From Coraliomargarita sp. (GTDB lineage Bacteria; Verrucomicrobiota; Verrucomicrobiia; Opitutales; Coraliomargaritaceae): a stretch of 64,000 nt of DNA. Below the pieces are notes generated by a model. It made no database searches and was not told the origin of the DNA. It saw only the letters and a program-made list of their open reading frames with translations. Where the stretch lies: positions 1,696,001 through 1,760,000 of the forward strand of contig OZ244160.1 of NCBI GenBank assembly GCA_965216325.1. The letters are read 5' to 3'. The translations under genes and the position numbers were made by a program. Numbering within the stretch: position 1 is the stretch's first letter; each line of letters opens with the position of its first letter. This document shows positions 1-10,975 of the stretch, piece after piece.

Positions 1-718
1 TAAACTCCATATTGCGGACCTCAACGCCTGCGCGGTAGGCCATCGCGATCCCATCACCCGTCGCGATTCCCGGATTGGTCGTATATTGATAAACTTGGCC
101 GATGCCTCCAGTTGCCAGCAGCACCGCAGCTGCCTGAAACGTCTCCACTTCACCACTTCTGGTATTCAGCACATAGACGCCCAACACACGATCCCCTTCG
201 TTCGGAAAGGCCATCCCACGACGGCGCAATTGGTTCTTGGTCAACAACTCGACCGCAAAGTGATGCTCCAGCGTATCGATCAATGGGCTCTTCGCGATCG
301 CATGCAGCAGCGCCTGCTCAATGGCCTTACCTGTGACATCCTGCACGTGGAGGATGCGGCGCTTAGAGTGGCCGCCCTCCTTCCCCAGTGAGACACGACC
401 ATCGTCCAGTTGGGTAAATTCCACGCCACGCTTCACCAGCTCATCAATACTGGCAGGGCCATCCTGCAGAATCTCGCGCACGACGGCTTCATCGCAGAGG
501 CCATCGCCAGCATCCAGCGTATCGGCCACGTGCATCTCGACATCGTCGGTCTGCGAGGTCACTGCGGCAATCCCCCCCTGCGCGTAATTGGTATTCGACT
601 CGGCAGAGTTCTTCTTGGTGATGATCGCGACACGTTGGCCCGCTTCCGCCGCTTTAATTGCAAAGCTTAGGCCAGCAATTCCACTGCCGACGATAATGAC
701 GTCGTAAATATGCGACAT
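1..718 (-). CDS. nadB: L-aspartate oxidase (5' part; runs off the window start)
   Basis: Manual translation of the minus strand from ATG at 718: MSHIYDVIIVGSGIAGLSFA...TNYAQGGIAAV...GKEGGHSKRRILH; FAD-binding GxGxAG and NadB motifs; directly downstream of panC. Confidence 0.92.
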   Translation of the reverse strand, partial: MSHIYDVIIVGSGIAGLSFAIKAAEAGQRVAIITKKNSAESNTNYAQGGIAAVTSQTDDVEMHVADTLDAGDGLCDEAVVREILQDGPASIDELVKRGVEFTQLDDGRVSLGKEGGHSKRRILHVQDVTGKAIEQALLHAIAKSPLIDTLEHHFAVELLTKNQLRRRGMAFPNEGDRVLGVYVLNTRSGEVETFQAAAVLLATGGIGQVYQYTTNPGIATGDGIAMAYRAGVEVRNMEF

Positions 719-720
719 GC

Positions 721-1566
<846 letters not shown>

Positions 1567-1651
1567 AACTCAGAATTTTCCGCCGAGCGTAGGACACCAC
1601 ACATTTATCACAATAATAATCAGAGTTTAACAAATCACATCCTATCCATCT

Positions 1652-2896
<1,245 letters not shown>

Positions 2897-2919
2897 GGAA
2901 CAAAACGATCCTTTACCAA

Positions 2920-2950
2920 GGTCGCCCTCTGAGCAGGGCGGCCTTTTCTT
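2920..2950 (+). terminator. Intrinsic terminator after dapL
   Basis: ggtcgccc-N8-gggcggcc hairpin followed by ttttctt. Confidence 0.75.
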
Positions 2951-3060
2951 TGCCTCCGCGGCCAACCAGCGATGACAATTTATGGATGGCCAACCGATCC
3001 TAGAGCAACTTCACTCGGGGGCATACCAATCTAGCCACACGACTACACCGCATATAATTA

Positions 3061-4029
3061 ATGGACCTACTCCTTCAGAATATACTCTCACCCGTCGTGC
3101 TCGCCTTCGTCCTCGGGATGTCGGCTCACTGGGTGAAGAGTGACCTAGAAATTCCGGATGCCATCTACCAGGCACTCTCGATCTATCTTCTCTTTGCAAT
3201 TGGTCTAAAAGGGGGTGTCGCCCTAGCTGAAACCCCACTGTCACAGCTGGTGGCACCTCTCGGGGTCACGCTACTGTTGGGGATCCTCACACCAATAACC
3301 GCCTTTTTCGCCCTCAAAGCAATCGGACGACTCGACCGCACCAACGCCGCTGCGACAGCCGCACACTACGGCTCAGTCTCCGCCGTAACCTTCCTCGCCG
3401 CAATCGAGGCCTCCAAAGTTGCCAACATCCCTGCCGACGGCTACATGCCTGCACTGGTTGCGGTGCTTGAGGTGCCCGGCATTGTTGTTGGACTCCTCTT
3501 TGCACGCCAAAAAAGCTCGAGTCGCGGTGGCATGAAAGAAGCTGTCCACGATGTCATCTTTGGCAAAAGCATTTTCCTCCTGATTGGCGGCATGGCCATC
3601 GGAGCGCTCTGCGGCCCCGTGAAAGTCGCCGCGGTCGCGCCCTTCTTCATTGATCCGTTCAAGGGCGTGCTCTGCCTCTTCCTCTTGGAACTCGGCATGG
3701 TCGCTGCCCGACGAATCGCGGACGTGCACAAGGCTGGCTGGCGTATCATCGTCCTCGGCTGCCTACTCCCACTCGTGCACGGCATGCTCGGCACCTTCGC
3801 AGGCACCCTAGCAGGCATGACCCCCGGAGGTGCGGCCGTGCTCGGCGCCATGACGGGTAGTGCCTCCTACATCGCGGCACCTGCCGCCGTCCGTATCGCA
3901 CTGCCTAAAGCCAGCCCTGGCATTTACCTGACCATGGCACTCGGCATCACCTTTCCATTCAATCTAGCGATCGGCATCCCACTCCTGCTTGCCTTCGCGA
4001 AATACTGCGCTCAAATGTTCGGCGCATAA
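3061..4029 (+). CDS. sbtA: Sodium-dependent bicarbonate transporter family permease (SbtA/DUF897)
   Basis: Polytopic membrane protein with SIYLLFAIGLKGG, AAHYGSVSAVTF, SASYIAAPAA, LGITFPFN motifs. Confidence 0.9.
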   Translation: MDLLLQNILSPVVLAFVLGMSAHWVKSDLEIPDAIYQALSIYLLFAIGLKGGVALAETPLSQLVAPLGVTLLLGILTPITAFFALKAIGRLDRTNAAATAAHYGSVSAVTFLAAIEASKVANIPADGYMPALVAVLEVPGIVVGLLFARQKSSSRGGMKEAVHDVIFGKSIFLLIGGMAIGALCGPVKVAAVAPFFIDPFKGVLCLFLLELGMVAARRIADVHKAGWRIIVLGCLLPLVHGMLGTFAGTLAGMTPGGAAVLGAMTGSASYIAAPAAVRIALPKASPGIYLTMALGITFPFNLAIGIPLLLAFAKYCAQMFGA

Positions 4030-4039
4030 AGATCCAGCT

Positions 4040-4345
4040 ATGAAAGTCACCTTAACCAAGATCACCATCATCACCGAAAGTCTGCTCACGGACCACATTC
4101 TTGAGCTGATCAAAGAGCATGGTGGAACTGGCCACACCCTGACCAAAGTCGAGGGCGAAGGCTCCAGAGGCACGCACGCCAGCGACTGGGAGGGCCGAAA
4201 CACCAAGATCGAGACCATCGTCACCGCCGAAGACGCGGACACCATTCTCGACCTACTCAACGAGCGCTATTTTGAAGACTACGCGATCATCGCATGGCTC
4301 TCCGAGGTGCAAGTGCTTCGTAGCAAAAAATTCGTGGGCCATTAA
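4040..4345 (+). CDS. sbtB: PII-like regulator SbtB
   Basis: 101 aa, ITIITESLL..GHTLTKVEGEGSRG..KIETIV..VLRSKKF; directly after sbtA; start moved to ATG 4040. Confidence 0.85.
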   Translation: MKVTLTKITIITESLLTDHILELIKEHGGTGHTLTKVEGEGSRGTHASDWEGRNTKIETIVTAEDADTILDLLNERYFEDYAIIAWLSEVQVLRSKKFVGH

Positions 4346-4387
4346 GAACCCATTCGCTAAGCATCTAACTGCCCGTTAGAGATTTCA

Positions 4388-4416
4388 GGGTCGCCTTCAT
4401 CGAGGGCGGCCTTTTT
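4388..4416 (+). terminator. Terminator-like hairpin between sbtB and carbonic anhydrase
   Basis: ggtcgcctt-N-gagggcggcc followed by ttttt. Confidence 0.6.
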
Positions 4417-4425
4417 CATGATGCA

Positions 4426-5025
4426 ATGCCTACCCTGTCTAAGCTACTCCAGCGCAACCGCGAATGGGCGGCACGCATGAGCGAAGAAGACCCCACTTTC
4501 TTTGAAGAGCTGGAAAAGGAACAGCACCCAAATTATCTGTGGATCGGCTGCGCGGATAGCCGGGTCCCCAGCAGTCAGATCATGGGCTTAAAGCCGGGTG
4601 AAGTCTTCGTTCACCGCAATATTGCCAACATGGTGCTGCATACCGACTTTAACATGCTTTCGGTGCTTCAATATGCCGTCGACGTTTTGAAGGTGGAACA
4701 CGTGATTGTCGCAGGTCATTACGGCTGCGGCGGTGTCCGAGCGGCGATGAAAGATCAACACTTTGGACTGATCGACAATTGGCTACAAAACATTCAGGAC
4801 GTCGAAAGCATTCACCTTGAAGAACTTACTGCACTAGATGAGCAGGCACGCTTCGACCGCATGTGCGAGCTCAACGTTCTCCACCAAGTCGACAACCTAC
4901 GCCGCAGCCCAATCATTCAAGACGCGTGGGCGCGCGGTCAGCATGTGGAACTTCACAGTTGGGTCTACAACCTAAAAGACGGCCACCTGACCCCACTCCA
5001 AGACGTGATCAGCCACAACGACTAG
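4426..5025 (+). CDS. can: Beta-class carbonic anhydrase
   Basis: WIGCADSRVP, FVHRNIAN, GHYGCGG zinc-ligand motifs. Confidence 0.95.
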   Translation: MPTLSKLLQRNREWAARMSEEDPTFFEELEKEQHPNYLWIGCADSRVPSSQIMGLKPGEVFVHRNIANMVLHTDFNMLSVLQYAVDVLKVEHVIVAGHYGCGGVRAAMKDQHFGLIDNWLQNIQDVESIHLEELTALDEQARFDRMCELNVLHQVDNLRRSPIIQDAWARGQHVELHSWVYNLKDGHLTPLQDVISHND

Positions 5026-5163
5026 CTCGCGCACCGAAAATGCCCCCCCTTTCTGAAGCTATCTCACGACTTGCCCCATAAGCGACACTCACGACACAGC
5101 TCAGACTCTAAACACCACTCGCAGCGAGTGCGCATAACTTCGGCCTACTTCCTACGGTTAAAA

Positions 5164-5252
5164 GGTAGCGCAGGAGCCTCAGGCTCCGCATTGAAAATGA
5201 GAATTATACCTTTGCAGCAACTTTGTGCGCCGCGAGACGCGGCTGCGCTACC
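5164..5252. repeat. GTAG-type REP doublet (REPIN-like), family A
   Basis: ggtagcgcaggagcctcaggctccgca and inverted tgcgccgcgagacgcggctgcgctacc; related to copies at 11381, 24107, 53749. Confidence 0.75.
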
Positions 5253-5279
5253 TAAAGCAGAACGACGAAGTAGTTTCGC

Positions 5280-5600
5280 CTAGCTCAGGTAAGAGCAGCA
5301 GTAGTCCGCGCCACCTTCTGGCACCTTAAGCGAGAACTTAGAGTTGCCCGGCACGTTGAAAGACTGGCCTTCACTGTAGGTAGTAAAGCTGTCTTCGCCC
5401 TCAAGCTTCACATCCATGGAGCCACCGAGCATTTCCATAACTTCCGCCGCTTCGGTGCCGAACTCGTAGTCGCCCGCCTGCATGAAGCCGAGTGTCTTCT
5501 TGGTGCCGTCGGCAAAAAGGACTGTGCGGCTGGTTACCTGGCCGCCGAAATAAACATTGGCCTTCTTGATTGCGGTTACGTTTTCGAATGATTCTGACAT
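5280..5600 (-). CDS. ppnP: Pyrimidine/purine nucleoside phosphorylase (DUF1255 cupin)
   Basis: [37 protein letters not shown]; start at ATG 5600. Confidence 0.88.
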   Translation of the reverse strand: MSESFENVTAIKKANVYFGGQVTSRTVLFADGTKKTLGFMQAGDYEFGTEAAEVMEMLGGSMDVKLEGEDSFTTYSEGQSFNVPGNSKFSLKVPEGGADYCCSYLS

Positions 5601-5644
5601 GCCGCAACGAATGAGCAGAAATCGCCGAGGTGCAATTGCATTTT

Positions 5645-5720
5645 GTAGGGGCGCGACTTGACGCGCCCGCCAGAGCAAGCGTCCCCATCAGCATGCGGGC
5701 TTCGCAAGCAAAGCCCCTAC
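5645..5720. repeat. GTAG-type REP doublet, family B
   Basis: gtaggggcgcgacttgacgcgcccg with inverted partner ending gcccctac; exact reverse complement at 10438-10462. Confidence 0.75.
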
Positions 5721-5783
5721 ACAAGCGAGAAAACATTGCTCACAATTTGCAACCTTCCCACCTTTCCACTTTCTCACTGATCC

Positions 5784-6782
5784 ATGGACCCTCTCACACA
5801 GGCCACCCTCGGCGCAGCAGCCGCAGCCGTCGTCAGTCGCCCCAGCTCGGTGCGGCGCGCACTGCTGATTGGTGCCGTAGCAGGAGCCGCACCGGATCTG
5901 GATGTGTTTATTATATCCGGTGAGGATCCACTGCTGAACCTGCAGTATCACCGTCATTTCACCCATGCGTTGCTTTTTGCACCGGTGATCGGGCTGCTCG
6001 TTGCAGCACTGTTCAAAGGTCTGTTCTACCTGCGCAACTGGCCCTTCCGCGAACTCCTGCTGTTCGCAAATCTGGGCGCACTGTCCCACGGCCTACTGGA
6101 TGCCTGCACCAGCTATGGCACCATGCTCTACCTGCCCTTCAGTGGTCACCGCGAATCGTGGGATCTGATTTCGATCATCGATCCAATCTTCACCGTGCCG
6201 CTCGTGCTGCTTTGTCTCGCGGGCTTCATTGCCAGCAAGCCACGCCTCATCCGAATCGGCATGTGTTTGTGCCTGATGTATCTAAGCTTCGGATACATCC
6301 AACGTGAACGCGCCCGTAGCTATGCGCTAGAACTCGCAACTAGCCGCGGACTCTCCGTCGAGTCCGTCACAGCACGTCCCTCCTTTGCCAATACCATCCT
6401 CTGGCGCATCATCGTTCGCAGCAAAGACAGCTACACCGTCGACGCAGTGTGGCTGATGCCCTTCCAAGAGCCAACACTCTACAGCGGCGCAACCGTTCCC
6501 ATGCCAGATCTCGACAAGCTAGCACAAGACGGGAGCCAGCAAGCCGACGACATTGCCCGCTTTGATCACTTTTCACAGGGCTACCTCTACGAAGTGCCCG
6601 GCAAAGAGCACGTGCTCGGTGACTTGCGCTACGCACTCTTTCCCAATTCGGTCGAGCCCCTGTGGGGCATTCGGCTGAACCCTAAAACTCCAGACGCACA
6701 CATCGAAATGGTCCATTTTCGCGAGCCCTCCAAAGCGGCATTCACCAAACTCTGGGCGATGATCTGCGGTAAGGAATCGTAG
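5784..6782 (+). CDS. Metal-dependent hydrolase, inner membrane (YdjM-like)
   Basis: MDPLTQ..LG, PDLD, HRHFTH, SHGLLDACTSYG motifs plus TM helices. Confidence 0.85.
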   Translation: MDPLTQATLGAAAAAVVSRPSSVRRALLIGAVAGAAPDLDVFIISGEDPLLNLQYHRHFTHALLFAPVIGLLVAALFKGLFYLRNWPFRELLLFANLGALSHGLLDACTSYGTMLYLPFSGHRESWDLISIIDPIFTVPLVLLCLAGFIASKPRLIRIGMCLCLMYLSFGYIQRERARSYALELATSRGLSVESVTARPSFANTILWRIIVRSKDSYTVDAVWLMPFQEPTLYSGATVPMPDLDKLAQDGSQQADDIARFDHFSQGYLYEVPGKEHVLGDLRYALFPNSVEPLWGIRLNPKTPDAHIEMVHFREPSKAAFTKLWAMICGKES

Positions 6783-6866
6783 CGCGCCACTTCAGCAAGC
6801 GCTCCTCCGCACAAAAGCCACCTCGCTACCTACAACCAAAAAGCGCTCGCTGAAGCAGCGCGCTAC
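6779..6866. repeat. GTAG-type REP doublet
   Basis: gtagcgcgccacttcagcaagcgct ... agcgctcgctgaagcagcgcgctac inverted pair. Confidence 0.65.
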
Positions 6867-6975
6867 GCCTCTCCAGACGCAGACACCTGTTTTTCTCAGA
6901 ATTGAGACTTGAATCAGGTCGGGGTTTTTCCAGCTTAGCGCATTCGGCTTTTACACAGCCCTGCAGTCGCCCCCA

Positions 6976-8940
6976 ATGCCACTTCCGAAATCGAAATCTC
7001 ATAACTCGCTCCGCCGCATGAAGGTAGGGATTAAGCGCTTCCTCAACACGGTTGACGAAATGCGCGCCTCGATTCAAGGCGATGACTATGAGGACGAGGA
7101 ATACGAAGAATACGAAGAATACGACGACGAATTCGAAGCATGCGACGATACAGAGGAAGCTGAAGACGAGGAGCTGCCGGAAGAAATTGTCGAGGACACC
7201 CGTCGCGAAGAAGAAGCCCTTGCCACCGAACAAGCGGAGCTAAACGGCTGGCGTCAGGAGCTCGGCATGCTCCTCAAAGAACGCGAGGAGCGCGGCGAGT
7301 ATTTCCGCAATTATTTCGCTGAGAGCCAGCAACGCTATCAGCGCATGCTGCAAAACGCGCGCGATCAGCTCGCCGGCATCGAATCACGTGGCGACGAGGC
7401 CACACCAGCACAAGCCCTCGATCATGAGCTCAACGCACCGGCCGAGCCGGAACCAGAGCCAGTGCCGGAACCAATCGACAATCCGGACATCGAGCTTTAC
7501 ACACGCCCGAGCCTGAGCTTGCTCGAAGCGGCCGACCTCAGCAAGACCGTGCTCATGGAGCCGGAAGCCCTGGAGGCGCAGAAGAATTCGTTGCAAGAGA
7601 CCATGGATAGCTTCGCAGTCGATGCCTACGTCTACGATGCCATTCTCGGGCCACGCATCACACAGTTCCGCGTGCAGCCCGGTATGGGCGTGCGCGTTGA
7701 ATCCATCGCCGGCCTGCAAAAGAACATCGCACTGGCACTGGCTACCACCAACATCCGCGTGCAGGCACCAATTCCTGGCGAACCCTTCGTGGGCATTGAA
7801 GTTGGCAACGCTAACTCCGTGCCGATCCACCTTCGCTCAATGCTCGAGTCCCGCGCCTGGCGCGAATCCGAGATGGAGATCCCGCTGGTGCTCGGCATGG
7901 ACATTCAGGGCAAGATCATGCTCGCCGACCTCGCCAAAGCTCCACACCTGCTAATCGCTGGCGCCACGGGCAGCGGTAAGTCCGTCTGTATGAGTAACCT
8001 CATCCTCAGCCTACTCTACAAGTTCCGCCCGGATGAACTGGAGTTGGTGCTGATTGACCCGAAGCGCGTTGAATTTGGACTCTTCAAAGAGATCCCGCAC
8101 CTAATTCACTCGGTGGTGACAGAGCCCAAACCGGCCGTGCAGATCCTGAAGTGGGTGGTCGCCGAAATGGAGCGCCGCTACCAAGTGCTGGCGGACAAAC
8201 AGGTGCGCAACCTCGCTGGTTACAACGACAAGGCCGAGGCCGAGGGCTTCAAGAAGATGCCGTATCAGGTGGTCATCATCGATGAGCTTGCCGACCTCAT
8301 GATGACGTCCAAGGGAGAGGCCGAAGCCGCCCTCGCCCGTATCGCCCAACTTTCCCGCGCAGTTGGCATCCACACCATCATTGCGACTCAGCGCCCAAGC
8401 GTGAACGTCCTGACCGGTGTGATTAAAGCCAACTATCCGACCCGCATTGCCTTCCAGGTATCCTCACAAGTCGACTCACGCACCATCCTCGACTGCAAGG
8501 GTGCTGAGAGCCTCCTCGGACAAGGCGACATGTTATTCAACCCGCCGGGCATCGCACGACTCATCCGTATCCAGAGCCCATTGGTGCATGACCACGAGAT
8601 ACGCAACGTCGTCGACAATCTCGCCGCCCAACGTCAGGCCGAGCACCGCGTCGACCTCAGCAGCATTCCAGCAAGCGGCAACGACCAGTCCGGCAGCCAA
8701 CTCGATATCGATGGCATTGAAGGCGAAGACGACGAAGCACTGCTGAAGAAGGCCCTGCTCACCGTCGCCGAAACCCAAAAGGCCAGCACCAGTTTCCTAC
8801 AACGTCGTCTGCGTATCGGTTACAACCGCGCGGCGCTCCTCATCGAAGAACTCGAAGACCGCATGTATATCGGGCCGCAAAACGGCTCCACCCCACGTGA
8901 GGTCTTCATCACACCGGAGGAAATCGAATGGGCCAAATAA
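6976..8940 (+). CDS. ftsK: FtsK/SpoIIIE-family DNA translocase lacking the N-terminal membrane domain
   Basis: PHLLIAGATGSGKS (Walker A), IIDELADLMM (Walker B), ATQRPS, GAESLLGQGDML, gamma domain ASTSFLQRRLRIGYNRAA; N-terminus is acidic and helical with no hydrophobic segment. Confidence 0.9.
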   Translation: MPLPKSKSHNSLRRMKVGIKRFLNTVDEMRASIQGDDYEDEEYEEYEEYDDEFEACDDTEEAEDEELPEEIVEDTRREEEALATEQAELNGWRQELGMLLKEREERGEYFRNYFAESQQRYQRMLQNARDQLAGIESRGDEATPAQALDHELNAPAEPEPEPVPEPIDNPDIELYTRPSLSLLEAADLSKTVLMEPEALEAQKNSLQETMDSFAVDAYVYDAILGPRITQFRVQPGMGVRVESIAGLQKNIALALATTNIRVQAPIPGEPFVGIEVGNANSVPIHLRSMLESRAWRESEMEIPLVLGMDIQGKIMLADLAKAPHLLIAGATGSGKSVCMSNLILSLLYKFRPDELELVLIDPKRVEFGLFKEIPHLIHSVVTEPKPAVQILKWVVAEMERRYQVLADKQVRNLAGYNDKAEAEGFKKMPYQVVIIDELADLMMTSKGEAEAALARIAQLSRAVGIHTIIATQRPSVNVLTGVIKANYPTRIAFQVSSQVDSRTILDCKGAESLLGQGDMLFNPPGIARLIRIQSPLVHDHEIRNVVDNLAAQRQAEHRVDLSSIPASGNDQSGSQLDIDGIEGEDDEALLKKALLTVAETQKASTSFLQRRLRIGYNRAALLIEELEDRMYIGPQNGSTPREVFITPEEIEWAK

Positions 8941-10424
8941 AGACCTGCGACGACTTGATCGAACAGATCGAAGCACTTGGGATCGAGGGCACCGTGAAGG
9001 CCTATCGCAAGCCACCGCTGCACACGCGTATCCTGCGCGACCTTTACGAGCTCTACATCGACGTGCCCAAATACGTCGAGTTCCTCGCTCACTATCCGCT
9101 GATTCCATCCGACCTCGCAGAGCGCATCGCGCAAGAGATCGATCCCGAACTCGTCGGCATCGCACATGGCCTTGCAGGCAACCCGCGCAGTTCGCAACAG
9201 ACACTCAATCGCCTCACCAAGCACGAGAACGTCGACGTGCGTCTTGAGCTCGCAGCCAACCCGAACCTGACACCAAAGGAATTCCAAGCCATGGTGCAGG
9301 ATGAGTCGGCCTATGTACGCGCCGCGATTGCCAAGAATCCATCGCTGCCGAACTCCCTGCAATTCATCCTCGCCGATGATACTGAAGCGATCGTGCTAAT
9401 TGCGCTCAGCTCCCGCAAAACCTTGGACATGGATATCGCGGTCCAACTGGGCACGCACAGCGATCCACTCGTGCGCGCCGCAATCGTCAACCAGTGGTCG
9501 CAAGATCCGGAAGTGCTGCAGATGTGGGCGGACCTCGACGAACCGCACAACCAGCAGTTCCTCCTTCAGCGTAGCGGCAAACTCGAAGCTTCAGCCATCG
9601 AGGCGCTCAGCTATGCTCAGGATTCTGAAGTCCGCACCGTCGCACACGCGCAACAGAATCTGAGCGGCCCACTGATGCTCTGGCTCGCCGAGTCCGACTA
9701 CACAGAGGACCGTGTTGCGCTCGCGGAGCGCCCCAACTTGCCGAACAGCATTCAGCGCATTCTCGCACAAGACAGCTCGCCCAAAGTGCGCCGCCGCCTT
9801 GCTGCCAACTCGGACCTCGCGCCATCCCTAGCACTACACATCGCCACTTCAAGCGACTTACAAGCCTGCCGCGCACTGGCGAAGAACCCAGCAATCGACT
9901 TCGAGTGCCTGAGCGAACTCTGCCTACATTCAGACGACAACATCGCTCTACTCGTTGCTTACCGCGACGACCTCAGCGAGCAACACCTCGACCTGCTCAT
10001 CAACCATCGCCTCAGCAGCACAGTCGCGGAGCACCTGGCGTATCAGGATTTTGAATACAAAAATATTCAAGCTGACCCCGTCGCCGCACTAGCAGGTAGT
10101 GACGCACCAAGTTTACGTGTTTTCGCTGCGCGTTCCGCGCACGGCGAAGATTGGTGCTTCAAGCAACTCGCAAGCGACCCCGTCCACGCCGTCCGCTTTG
10201 CACTCGCTAAAAACTCACACGCGCCGGAATCCTGCCTCAAGCAGCTCATGGAAGATGCCGACCGCGGGATCGTTTTTGCCGCCGAAGAAACCTTGAATCG
10301 CCGCAACCGCATCACCGCATCCGAATCGAAGAACGATGAAGATGAATACGACGCGTATGACGAAGAGGAGACCTACGAACGCGGCAGCACGCTGAAACGG
10401 ATCCTTAACTTTTTCACTGAATAA
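8928..10424 (+). CDS. Helical-repeat (LRV/HEAT-like) protein
   Basis: Recurring ~24-aa units: VRLELAANPNL, VRAAIAKNPSL, RVALAERPNL, VRRRLAANSDL, CRALAKNPAI, VRFALAKNSHA; overlaps the ftsK stop. Confidence 0.8.
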   Translation: MGQIKTCDDLIEQIEALGIEGTVKAYRKPPLHTRILRDLYELYIDVPKYVEFLAHYPLIPSDLAERIAQEIDPELVGIAHGLAGNPRSSQQTLNRLTKHENVDVRLELAANPNLTPKEFQAMVQDESAYVRAAIAKNPSLPNSLQFILADDTEAIVLIALSSRKTLDMDIAVQLGTHSDPLVRAAIVNQWSQDPEVLQMWADLDEPHNQQFLLQRSGKLEASAIEALSYAQDSEVRTVAHAQQNLSGPLMLWLAESDYTEDRVALAERPNLPNSIQRILAQDSSPKVRRRLAANSDLAPSLALHIATSSDLQACRALAKNPAIDFECLSELCLHSDDNIALLVAYRDDLSEQHLDLLINHRLSSTVAEHLAYQDFEYKNIQADPVAALAGSDAPSLRVFAARSAHGEDWCFKQLASDPVHAVRFALAKNSHAPESCLKQLMEDADRGIVFAAEETLNRRNRITASESKNDEDEYDAYDEEETYERGSTLKRILNFFTE

Positions 10425-10437
10425 CCACTTTCAACAA

Positions 10438-10462
10438 CGGGCGCGTCAAGTCGCGCCCCTAC
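10438..10462 (-). repeat. Single GTAG REP, family B
   Basis: Exact reverse complement of 5645-5669. Confidence 0.75.
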
Positions 10463-10481
10463 AACTTACAACGCACCTATC

Positions 10482-10889
10482 ATGGCTAAGAAAAATGCAA
10501 AACTGATACCGCTGACCTTGCAGGAGATCATTCTCCGAGGTGATGCGGAGACCATCCGCCAAGCACTCGAAGCACGCACTCAAATCGACACCCTGCTGGA
10601 AGAGCGCGAAGCGGCATATCGCCGCATCAGCGAACTCGAAGAACAAGTCGAAGGCATCGTCGGCGAAGAAGGCGTCTTCCCATTCCCGGAGCCACCGGTT
10701 CCCGTGGCAGCCTTCGACACCAAGGCGGCGGCCAAGAAGAAGCCAGCGCCAAAGCCAGTCGAGGAAGCTCCAGTAGAAGCTGAAGCAGAAGTAGCAACTA
10801 AGGAAGCCCCTGTCGCGGACAGTGACGAAAACGCTCCAGCTACTGAAGCCGAAACCGACGAAGCTACAGAGGAAAACAAAGACGCGTAA
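10482..10889 (+). CDS. Hypothetical coiled-coil protein with Lys/Ala then acidic low-complexity tail
   Basis: ATG start, host-like codon pattern, heptad-like helix then FPFP motif; paralogous to the next gene. Confidence 0.75.
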   Translation: MAKKNAKLIPLTLQEIILRGDAETIRQALEARTQIDTLLEEREAAYRRISELEEQVEGIVGEEGVFPFPEPPVPVAAFDTKAAAKKKPAPKPVEEAPVEAEAEVATKEAPVADSDENAPATEAETDEATEENKDA

Positions 10890-10975
10890 TTCAGTTTCAG
10901 GAGCTGACGTTTCCAGAGCCAAGCAACGGGCAACTGAAAACCAGCAACTGAAAACTGCACGCGCAGCGTGCCCCC

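Noticed and set aside
86..670. Plus-strand ORFs at the window start
   Set aside because: Shadows of nadB on the minus strand
6976..8940. FtsK as a type VII secretion ATPase or conjugative coupling protein
   Set aside because: Single ATPase domain with a DNA-reading gamma domain; no WXG100, relaxase or T4SS genes nearby
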